Of a DNA stretch of 64,000 bases, positions 39,505-50,548 are shown one piece after another. The stretch is from Chiloscyllium plagiosum. Taxonomy: Eukaryota. The position numbers were made by a program, and so were the translations under genes. Numbering within the stretch: position 1 is the first letter of the stretch; every line of letters starts with the position of its first letter. A model generated the notes under the pieces. The model did no database searches, was not told where the DNA came from, and was given only the letters and a program-made list of their open reading frames with translations. Where the stretch lies: assembly GCF_004010195.1 (NCBI RefSeq), contig NC_057720.1:18199087-18263086 (forward strand). Direction: 5' to 3'.

Positions 39505-42500
39505 TGAACAGTGACCAGTATCCCATCACCAAGTCACTCTTTATTTACCCATGCTTAGGAAATGATGCTGATTTGACTTCCTCAGAGCCAGCTCTTTGAG
39601 CAGAAGCTCTAAAGCTCCTGTTTATATCTCTCAGCCAGGACTCCCTGATTTGACCCAGTCAGTGATCTCATTCTGTGCAATCACCTGGCTGACCTCAACA
39701 ATCACTACATCCCTCCCCCTCTAAATGCGGGGACATAGGTCTGTTCTTTATCTTGCAGCATCTCCTGGGGCGTTTTCATACTAGGTCCGATTCCTCCAGC
39801 TCAGCTTTGGATCCGGGGGAGGGGGGGGGGGGGTACTGGACTATAGCCCACCTCTTGTGCCCAGAGCGCCTCAGAAGAAATTCACTTTCTTCTTCAGGCA
39901 GGGGTAAAGGCATTGAGGCTGCGACATCCATCACGTCCATCTCCGACTCTGAAGTTTCTTCAACGCTAGATGGAGGGGGGAGAACCCATGGGTTCTGACA
40001 GCCATTCTGGCTGTTCTGGGGGGTGAGGTATGTTTTGGTCCTGCCCCGATTGAGAGTTTGCAGCTATCATGTAGTCCACGTGCTTGTTCAGGAGCACCTC
40101 ACTTATTCAAACTTTGTACATCATGGGACTGATCTCGTACCGACCATGCCTCTTACCCATACGAGACCATTTCCATGGCACCACACTTTGTCCCCTGAAG
40201 TAAACTCTCTCTCTCTTTTACAGGAGTCTGGTGTCAGGCATTGGCAGTCCTCAAGCTGTTTTACCCTCCCTCCAGGTCCAGGAAGATCAGATGTGCAATG
40301 TCTTCTCCCTATTAGCAACTCTGCTGGAGCGATCCCTATAATTGCATGAGGAGTGGTCTGATAATCAAATAGGAACCAGGTCAGTTTGGTATCAAGTAAA
40401 GCTGTAGGTTGTTTCTTTAAGCTTCCTTTCAAGTCTGGACTGCTCTTTCCACCAACCACTACAAGGAGCTGTCCTTGTATGCCAAATGCCATTCAACTTT
40501 AGGAAATATGCAAATTTTCTGGTGGTAAGTTGTCTGTAATCAGCACTTCCAGGAGCTCACTGATAGAAAAGCTGTAAGCATCTTTTGCAATCACTGTCCC
40601 AGTGTTTGACCAATTAACTTTATGCATGTCCAATCACTTTCAGTGGACGTACACAATGACTATCCACATTGAGCTTATGAAAGATCTGATATAGTCGATA
40701 TGTAACTGAATCCAGTTTTACCTGGCCATTCCCATGCACATGGGGGAGCTGCTAGCAGTAATTTCTGTCCTTGTTGGCACTCTAGATACTGTCCTGCCCC
40801 ATAAATGTGGCTGCATCTGCAGCCAATCAAAACCTCTCACCAACATCTTCATTTTGGAATCTCTGGTGGAATTGAATCAGTATCTGGCAGTGATCTTTGC
40901 TTGGGACAATCACACTCACTCCCCATAATAAAATGCCATCTTCTACAGTGATCTAGTCTCAGTAGATCCAGAAAGGTTTCAATTCTGGTTGTGATGGCCC
41001 TTTTGTTTCCCCCCTCCCACCACAACCAGCTATTTTAGTTTTGCTAGGACCAGATCTTTTTGCATCCACGGTTTCATATTGTCTGCAAGGATGGCTGCAA
41101 ATCTAAAACCAGAATGTATTGTTCCAATGACAACATCACCAGTAGTGTATCTGCCAGTGGGAGGTGGCTGAAGGCATCCACATTTGATATTTGGACTCCA
41201 CAGCAGTGTTCCAACTTGTACTTGTATGTACTTCAAAGGGGAGCCCACTGCTGAATTTGAGTCAAGCTATCGGCAGCACAGCCAGATCCTCTAAGTAGCC
41301 CTAGCAGGGTTTTGAGGTCCATTACTATTACAAATTTATGCCTGTGAAGATGTTGGTGCAACTTTCTCACACCAAACATGACCATCAAACCCTACTTCTT
41401 TATCTGGGTGTATTTGTGCTCTGTATCAGCCAAAGGTCCAGGAAGCATATGCTATTGGGCGTTCCTCTCCTTTGGGCCACCAGTGAGCCAACACTACCCT
41501 AGTAGCATAAGGGAAGGCGTCGGATGTCAGCAACAGACCTCAACTGGGATCATAACATGCTAACACCTTAAGACTAAGATAGCTGGTTCTTCACTTCCCT
41601 AAAGACTACATTCTTGGTTTCATGACCATTTTTAAGACTGGTCCTTTTTCAACAGAGATGCAAGGGTGCTAAGATGGAAGTCAGGTTACTTATGAACTTT
41701 CCATAATAATTCACCAATCCAAGGAAAGACCAGTTGGGATCTGGGAGTTGGGGCACTTTTGATTCGTCCGCTCTTTAGCTTCCAACAGGTGTAATCCAGT
41801 CTTGTCAACTCTGCAATACAAATAGATCATTTGGGGTGTCTGGAATACACAATTTGCCGTTCTAAGGCGTACAGCCACCTTGGAGTGATGTCCAAGGGCT
41901 GTGTCCAAGTTCTCTAAATGCTCTTTATTGGTTTTCCCTGTTATTAGCCTGTCACCCAGATAAATGGCGACCTGGGGTAGACTTTGTAAAGCATTCTCTA
42001 TTGTCCACTGAGAAATGGCACATGCTGAAATACTCCAAATGGCAGTCCTGTATACTGGTACTTACCCTTATGAGTATTAATTGTAACATACTTCTGGAAA
42101 TCCTCATCTCACCACAACTGCAGGCATACATGGCTAGTATCCAGCTTTGTGAAGGACTACCTCCTTGCCCCCCTCCAGCTTTGCATGCACGTCCTCTATG
42201 CGATGGGTTGACTATTTATCCAGTTGACAGAAGCAGTTTACCATTTGTTTAAACTCCCTACAAAGACAAATTGACCCAAAGGGCTTTACAACTGGTACAA
42301 CCAGTATTGCCCATTCCTCAAACTGTACTGGCTTGATGATTATTTTGCTTTCCAGCCTCCTGATTTCTGCCTCTACCTTTGCACTCAAAGCAAATGACAT
42401 TGCATGGGTCTTGCAGAATTGTGGAATTGCTTTCTGCGCAAGACCTTCCTGAAAACCTTCTGAAGTATTTAATTAAACTTCATTCCGGCAGCCATCTTTT

Positions 42501-44097
42501 AAACTGAAAAATGTTGAGCTAATCAAGGTGAATCTTTCTCAACCAATTTCACCCATCAGGCTTGGGCCGGAGTCTTTTACTACAATCTGTGGTAACTGAA
42601 GCAGCTGCTTTTCATTTGAGACCAGAACTGAAGTTGTACCCTTGTTGTGTAAAGGTTTCTCAGTACAGGTTCTCAGTCAAGCTGAGGTCTTATACAAACT
42701 TAAGGGTTGGAGTCCAGAGCAAATTTTGTTAAAGACTGGTTCGGCAACCACTGGTACAGCTGCGCTGTTATTAACCTCCATTAGAATCGAGTGGACGATT
42801 ATTTTGATTCGTTCCGATTTGGATATTGTTAAGCAATTTAACTGTTCCAAGCCAGATGTAGGTGGACTTTGCAGGGTATGCACTCTCCTGGATACTGACC
42901 CAGTGGGTCTCTTTTGCTGTCTTGAGTCTGAATGCCAGCAATAACTACAATGGCTTGCCAGCCCAGATCCTGAAGAAAATTTTAACAATTTGACAGAGGT
43001 TTGGCTTTGTTTTGGGGTTTTGCTGTGGGTTGACCTAGAATCCCTCATGAAGGATATGTCCTGAGTGATGCTATGCAATTGTCTGCTCTCAAGAGCTGAC
43101 CACCAAGCTCAGTGAGCCTGACGAGAACGCCCATTTCCACTGGCATACCCTGTAACTCTCATGCTCCACTTGCTGCATTTTCCAATGATAAAGCCTATTG
43201 TAGTGCTTATTTGAAGTGCAGTTGGGCTTCAGCTAGTAGGCACTTTTGCATGGTTAATCATTAATCCCACACACCAAACAGTCTCTTAGCATCTCATTAA
43301 GGGTTAAAACAAAGTCACATGCCTCCGCCAGTCATCCTAACTTTGTCAAAAATCCCATCATGGATTCTGCTGGTTCTCGAACGACCAAGTAAAACTGATA
43401 GCGTCTCAGAATTTGAGGTGGCTTGGTGTCTTAATATTACTTAACTAAATTAGTCAATTCTTGAAAGGTTTTAGTATTTAGCCTCAGAAAACGTCAGGCT
43501 CCCAATAATTGAAAAGGCTGTGGGTCCACGTGCTGTCAGGAGAATTATTTGTTTCTTTTCATTTGCCCAAAAAAATGCATGCTTTCCACATAGAGAGCTA
43601 ATCTTCAAAAGCTTCCTAAATAATTGCATAATGCCAGAAATGCTTGTCCCAACTCAAAGATGACTGTGACAAAACAAACTTTTTCAGGAGCATATTTTTC
43701 CTCGTTGCCACTGAAATAACTCCACAGAGGACAGTATCCTGTCACCAAGTCACCCTTTATTTACACATGCATAGTACTGGTCCAGCTTCCACACAGCCAG
43801 TTTTCAGTGAACAGAACCTCTGACACTCCTGTTTATTTTTATTTCAAGATAGGCAAACACCCAAGTGGCCAGTGACAAGCAGTGCCCTAACCCTTCTGTT
43901 TATTTTTTTTTAATTTTTTTTTCCTAAGGAGGAGAGTCCTTGCACGTGTGTACACTCACTCACACTGATCCAACTCTCAAAACACTCCTGTTTATATCTG
44001 CCAACCAGGCATCCCTGATTGGACTAGTTTAACAGCCCCAGTCAGGGAACCAATATTCTAGGTGGTCCACCTGGCTGACCTCATCAAAATTACTACA
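39505..44097 (-). mobile_element. Decayed full-structure Ty3/Gypsy LTR retrotransposon (Mag-like)
   Basis: 5' LTR 44097-43712 (TGTAGT..TTTCA), PBS TGGCAACGAGG at 43710-43700, PPT AGAGGGGGAGGGA at 39722-39710, 3' LTR 39709-39505, TSD GAAGG at 39500-39504 and 44098-44102. Remnants of protease (MEVNNSAAVPVV), RT (EAEIRRLESKIIIKPVQFEEWAILVVPVVK...ICLC) and integrase (FLFDYQTTPHAIIGIAPAELLIGRR) in Gypsy order. Confidence 0.92.
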
Positions 44098-44892
44098 GAA
44101 GGAAGTCAGCTGTCCTTGCCCAGTTTGTTGGATACAAATTCTAGCCTTGCCAGCGATGCCAATATCACATGAATGAATGAAATAAAGAATGCGAGTTTTC
44201 AAACTGATGCACATACCTTGGCATCAAATTCTGGTACCAAGACCAGTAGATATTCAAACATGAAACAGTATAAACCAATTCTTTTGTCAAAATTCAAGTT
44301 TGCTACTATGGTTGTTATCTCCCTCCAGTATACTGCAGAAATTGTTTCCATTATTATTTATTTTCAGGATCTGAGCAGTGCCAGGATGTGTTGCACATTC
44401 CAAGATGACTAAGTTTGGTACAGCTAAGTGGCTTGCTAGTAGGTTATTTGCATGCAGCTGGAGCCTTTTAATTTGGCTATACCAATTATGGACAGCTAGT
44501 TCCTTCCCTCAAGAACATGTATGATCTACTTAGGATTTTATAAGAATCAGTAACTTTATGGCCTTTGTTTTTTTTTATAGAGTTGTCCACTAGCTTTCCA
44601 TTTCCAGAGTTATTTGTAATGCGAATTCAAATTCCTTTATTTCTGTGATGATATTTAAATTCATTTGGTTGATGTGTCAGGGTATCAGACTCTCCCTCCA
44701 CATGACGTGCCACCATCAAGACGAGCTATTTGTCCAGAAACAGAGAAGGGACAAAAGGAAGTTTTTCTTGTTGGAGGAAAGCACAAAGTTATGTGCTTCA
44801 AGGATTATTAGTGCTAGAACTTATACGAATGAATTGAACATTTGATTAAACTCAAAGACAAAGCTAACACTGAGGAAAAATACAACATAATT

Positions 44893-45935
44893 AAAGAACA
44901 TAGAACAATACAGCACAGAACAAGCCCTTCGGCCCACGATGTTGTGCCGAACATTTGTCCCAGCTTAAGCACCCATCCGTGTACCTATCCAATTGCCGCT
45001 TAAAGGTCACCAATGATTCTGACTCTGCCACTCCCACAGGCAGCGNNNNNNNNNNNNNNNNNNNNNNNNNNNNNNNNNNNNNNNNNNNNNNNNNNNNNNN
45101 NNNNNNNNNNNNNNNNNNNNNNNNNNNNNNNNNNNNNNNNNNNNNNNNNNNNNNNNNNNNNNNNNNNNNNNNNNNNNNNNNNNNNNNNNNNNNNNNNNNN
45201 NNNNNNNNNNNNNNNNNNNNNNNNNNNNNNNNNNNNNNNNNNNNNNNNNNNNNNNNNNNNNNNNNNNNNNNNNNNNNNNNNNNNNNNNNNNNNNNNNNNN
45301 NNNNNNNNNNNNNNNNNNNNNNNNNNNNNNNNNNNNNNNNNNNNNNNNNNNNNNNNNNNNNNNNNNNNNNNNNNNNNNNNNNNNNNNNNNNNNNNNNNNN
45401 NNNNNNNNNNNNNNNNNNNNNNNNNNNNNNNNNNNNNNNNNNNNNNNNNNNNNNNNNNNNNNNNNNNNNNNNNNNNNNNNNNNNNNNNNNNNNNNNNNNN
45501 NNNNNNNNNNNNNNNNNNNNNNNNNNNNNNNNNNNNNNNNNNNNNNNNNNNNNNNNNNNNNNNNNNNNNNNNNNNNNNNNNNNNNNNNNNNNNNNNNNNN
45601 NNNNNNNNNNNNNNNNNNNNNNNNNNNNNNNNNNNNNNNNNNNNNNNNNNNNNNNNNNNNNNNNNNNNNNNNNNNNNNNNNNNNNNNNNNNNNNNNNNNN
45701 NNNNNNNNNCGCTAATACACCATAGGCCTTCTTACAAGCTCTATCCACCTGAGTGGCAACTTTCAAAGATCTATGAACATAGACCCCAAGATCCCTCTGC
45801 TCCTTCACCTTACTAAGAACCCTACCGTTAACCCTATATTTCGCATTCTTATTTGTCCTTCCAAAATGGACAACCTCACACTTGACAGGGTTGAACTCCA
45901 TCTGCCACTCCTCAGCCCAGCTCTGCATCATATCT
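44893..45935 (-). mobile_element. CR1 LINE spanning the assembly gap
   Basis: WAEEWQMEFNPVKCEVVHFG...QRDLGVYVH before the gap; TFKRQLDRY and a (ttctatg) tail after it. Confidence 0.9.
45046..45709. other. Assembly gap (664 N)
   Basis: Run of n. Confidence 0.99.
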
Positions 45936-45984
45936 GAAAGACATCAGGAAACTCGCAGAAGCAACCATTCAATGACAAAATAAT

Positions 45985-46812
45985 TTTAACTACGATGTAT
46001 TTAAGAGTGATGTACTTTGGTAAGAAACATAGAAATACGATCTACACAATAAAAATAAGTAACTGCACAGGACAGAAGAGCAAACAGAGCTCGAACTACA
46101 AGTAATAAAACCATTAAAAGCATCACAGACCAGCAAAGCAATTAAAATGCAAAGAGAGCATTGGTGTATTTTCTAGGGTTGTAGAATTCAACAGTAATGA
46201 AGTTATATTGAGCCTGCATGAGATCCTGCATCAGGCTTAATTAAGAATACTGTACACGGTCTGGCCTCTCTACTATAAAAAGGGCATAAGTGTTTACAAA
46301 AATGCAAAAACTATTTATAAGGATGGTACCAGAACTGAGAGATTACAGCTATTGGTAAAGATTGAAGAAGTTGGTACCTTTTTCTTTTTTCAATAATAAA
46401 AGATCTGATAGAGGAGTCTTTTAAATTATAAGTGGTGTGGACAGGAGAGATGTGCACAGAATGGTTCTAACTGTAGAACATCCAAAAGTATGAACCTTAA
46501 GTACAGGAATTACAAATAGATCAAAGAGGAAAGCTAGGAAATATTTCCTTTTCAGTGCTGTCAGAATATGCAACTACCAGTCACAGGAAATGTGCTGCTT
46601 CAAAAGGAAATCAATAAAGTATTGGCAGAAAAGGGAACAGAAACAGACACTGACATGCTGAGATGACGTTGATGGAATGAGAGGAAAGTCATGTTATGAT
46701 GGAATCCATCAGTTCAAAAGCTTTTTTAAGGTAGTCTTAATTTAGAAATCATGATCAGCATGAACGTGTTGGGTCGAAGAGCTTGTTTCCATGCTGTATA
46801 ACTCTATAACCA
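45985..46812 (+). mobile_element. Old CR1 fragments
   Basis: gatgtactttggtaagaaac, gaatactgtacacggtctgg and ggatggtaccagaactgagag, with a younger 3' tail at about 46755-46810. Confidence 0.6.
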
Positions 46813-47059
46813 AAAACAGAGACCAACTCTCCAATTTTCTAAGGAAGCATAAATAGAAGGTGAAACTGGAAACCCAAATTTCTAGAGGACTAAAACTGGT
46901 TAAAGCTATATAAGAGGAACGTAAAGCTATCTATGCTCAGGGGTAGAAGTTGCTAAGTTCTGTGATGCAGTACAGATAATCTGAAGAATCCCCAAGCTGA
47001 GAACCAGCACATACAATGATATTGCAGGTGTTTGAGTTACTTGAAGATAACATTGGTCC

Positions 47060-47455
47060 ACAAAATCCCTACAGTGAGGAAACAGGCCATTCGGCCCAAT
47101 AAGTCCACACCAACTCTCCAAAGAGCATCCCACCCAGACTCACCTCCCTACCCTATACCTGTAACCCTGCATTTCCCATGGCTAATTCACCTATCCTACA
47201 CATCCTTGGACAGGGTGGGCAATACGGCATGGCCAATTCACCTAATCTACGCAAACCTGGACACCATGGCAATTTAGCATGGCCAATCTGCACACCTTTA
47301 GATTGTGGGAGGAAACCAGAGCACCTGGAAAAAAACCACGCAGGCATGGGGAGAATGTACAAACTCCAGGCAATAGTCTCCCAAGGGTGGATATGAACCC
47401 AGGTCCCCGGTGCTGTGAGGCATTAGTGCTAACCACTGAGCCACCGTGCTGCTCC
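47060..47455 (-). mobile_element. HE1-type SINE with an internal duplication
   Basis: Head cagcacggtggctcagtggttagcact. The catggc(c/t)aattcacct motif occurs three times (47177, 47228, 47278). Confidence 0.87.
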
Positions 47456-48102
47456 ATTTGTTCTACACCATTCAGAACCTAACAGGTAGAACTGAAGTGA
47501 TTCTGCAGACATGTCATTTTATTTTCAAGATCGTGACCTTGCAACATGGGTTCAATCTGTGTTGTCGTCAGCTGGGATTCAGGCTAGTTATTAAAGGGAA
47601 AGGAGCTGAAATTCTTTGAGAAAGACAGAGCTTTGAAGGACTTTGTGACTGAGTTTGATAACCTGCAGGCAAAGTAAACATCTGAGCCAACTTTTTAAAA
47701 AATTCATTCAAGGGACATTGGCGTCACTCGTTGCCCTCGAAAAGGTGGTGGTGAGCTGCCTTCTTCAACTGCTGCAGTCCATGTTCTGTAGATTGACCCT
47801 TAGGGGGGAATTCCAGGATTGTGACCCAACAGCAGTGAAGCAGTGGTAAACTAAGACATTTGTTTTGTTTGACTCTTGTATAGTAAATTCTTCAGTTTTA
47901 AATCATGGAGTCTTATGACTGAGTAAATAAGTAAGATTTCAGATGTTTTCACCTAAAAGAGGTTCCTGGGGGCTTCTACAGATATAACAACAACAGAAGA
48001 TAAACACAATAAATTAGTTGACTGAATGGCCTGTTTAGTATTATAATTCTGACCCACCCCAACAATAAATTCTTTGCAAACTACCTTGAATTGTAACAAC
48101 AT

Positions 48103-48965
48103 TAGTTAAAAATCACAACACTAGGTCCAACAAATTTAACTGGAAGCACTAGCTTTTGGAGCACTGCTCCTTCAGCAGGTAATTCATGGGGCTGGATCAT
48201 AAGACACAGAACCTATTGCAAAATATCAGTGTCATGCAATTAAAAGGATATATTGAACAAACCTAGGTTGTTGTTATGTCTTTCCTCTTTTAGACAGGGT
48301 TGCAGGTTTTGGTTCATTAACATGTAAATGTCAGAACTTCTTTTAAGGCACATTCTCAAGATAACTTGTATGTTTTATAAAAAAAGGTGACGTCTTAGCT
48401 CAGACAATGCATTAAAGGTGTGAGGTTAGAGTTTGTCTGTATCCCAATCTTGAGTCAGACTGGTTCTATTCCAAAGTAGGAATTTATAAAATGTTACATG
48501 GATTGAATGTCTGCATTGACTGCTTGCAGGTTGTGCGCTTTTTGAGCAAAAATACAATGTACCTGCAAATACAATTCTGCAAATGCAAATTCATCCCATA
48601 GACTTATATGTGTGTGTATGCACATGTGGGGCAAGGGGGAGAAGAGTGTGCACGAGAGTGCGTGTGTTTGCATGTGCTTGGTAGAGTGTGTGCTTGAGGG
48701 TGGCGTAGTATAAACCTGAGAGAGGGTGTGAGTGGAAGGGTGTATGCCTGTGTGTTTGAGAGACAGCGTGTGTGAGGGTCCGTGTGAGTGTGTGAATATA
48801 TAGACTTTGTGTGTGTGCTTGTTATGCCCGTGTGAGAGGGAGAGAGTGTATACTGTAGTGGGATCACCTGAAGCGAGACATGAACCCAAAGTCCTGGCTG
48901 AGGCTATCCTGGTGTTGTGTGATTTTTAACTTTGTCCATCCCAGTCCAACACCGGCACCTTCACA
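48103..48965 (-). mobile_element. Non-autonomous Penelope-type repeat with short inverted ends and a GT-rich tract
   Basis: agttaaaaatcacaaca (48103) is inverted relative to tgtgtgatttttaact (about 48917). Decayed hammerhead near 48148-48180. Same family as 55640-56010 and 56455-56572. Confidence 0.7.
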
Positions 48966-49139
48966 TTATATAATAACATTACTCATGGTTAATAGAATTC
49001 TTTATGGTCTTTGTGAATTGCTGCTTCAGGAGAATTATAGGAGAAAAAAATTAAGCAGTTAAAGTTTCAATATTATATGTTGAGAACAAAGCCATTTTTT
49101 TCACAAGAAAGTTAATGACAGTTAATAATAGATCTTGTG

Positions 49140-50240
49140 ATGAGAGAAGTGTGTAATATTTAAGCACATGATTGGGAGTAGTGTACAGGAATTGGAATAG
49201 GTACAAATGGGTCTTTTTCAGGCATATGGCAGGCAGTAACTATTGGGGACAGTGGGGATCACTACTAGGACCCCAGCATTCACAATATTGGTCAATGAGT
49301 AAGATAAGGGAAATGTAATACCTCCAATCTTCAAATGACAGAAAGCTGGGTGGGAGGATGAGCTGTGAGGAGGATGCAGAGATGTTTCAGTGTGATTTGG
49401 ACAAGCTGACTAATTGGGCAAATGCATAGCAGGAGTAATATAATATGCATAAATGTGATGTTATTCCATTTGATAGCAGAGACAGGAAAGCGCACACTTA
49501 TCTGAATGACTAGAAATTGAGGGAGGGAAATCTACATCGAGACCTGGGTGTCAGTGTACACCAGTCGCTGAAGGCAAGCTCGCAGGCAGTTAAGAAAGAA
49601 TTGATACACTGGCCTTTGTAGCAATAGGATTAGACTACTGGAACAGGTATGTCTCCTGCAATTATACAAAGCCTTGACAAAACCACACATGGAGTACTGT
49701 GCACAGTTTTAGTCTCCTTATCTGAAGAAAGATGTTCTCGCTATTGAGAGAAGGCAGTGAAAGCTTACAGACTAATTCCTGGCATGGCGGGATGGACATG
49801 AGGAAGGGTGAAATTGGTTACGATTACATTCACTGGAGTTCAGAAGAATGGGGGTGGGGGGGGGAGGAGAAGGATTTCATTTGAAACCTGTACATTTCTA
49901 AAAGGAGTAAATATGGTAGATTCAGGAAGGAGTTTCCCAACAGTAGGAGTCCAGAACCAGGGATCACGATTTAGGACTGAGATAAGGAGAAATTTCTTCA
50001 ACCAGAAAGTGGACAGCCTATGGAATTCACTACCACAGAAAGCAGTCAGGGCCAAAACAGTGTCCGATTTCAAGAAGGAATTGGATATAGCACTTGAAGC
50101 CAAAGGGATCAAAGGATAGGGGTGGGGGAAAGTGGGATCAGGCTACTGAGTTGGATGATCAGCCATGACCATAACGAATGTTGGAGCAGGCGCAAAGGGT
50201 CGAATGGCCTATTCCTACTTTCCACGTTTCTATGTTTATG
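49140..50240 (+). mobile_element. CR1 LINE 3' kilobase, decayed
   Basis: RFRTEIRRNFFNQKVDSLWNSLPQKAV; gagtactgtgcacagttt; tail ttctatgtttatg. Confidence 0.87.
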
Positions 50241-50548
50241 CTTCCAAGCAATTCTTTGTAATCCTAAAATTCCAATGCCAAATCAGAAAATTTGCATTTT
50301 CCTGAAGAATCGCCCTGCAGATGAAATTGCAAGCTAAGCAAAAATAACTGAAGTTTTTCATATGTCCCAAGGACACAAACCATTTAAATTACACTCCTTA
50401 TGAACTATATATGTAAAACTATAACAATATAGTTTCCAGACACTTTACATTTCATTGTCCAGTGAGTAATACGTAACAGAGGGTAATAATGCTCAGTGTG
50501 AATGCAAATACCAAGTTGGTCCAATAGTAATACATGTACAGTATTAAT

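Noticed and set aside
43823..43995. Repeat-spacer-repeat pattern suggestive of CRISPR
   Set aside because: Eukaryotic context, only 14-bp repeats, unequal spacers with A tails and no cas genes; better explained as target-site duplications.
44891..45931. Longest ORFs in the track (256-346 aa)
   Set aside because: Artefacts of translating through the 664-N gap inside a CR1 copy.
48494..48889. His/Thr-rich ORFs
   Set aside because: Product of a degenerate (GT/GA)n tract inside a repeat.
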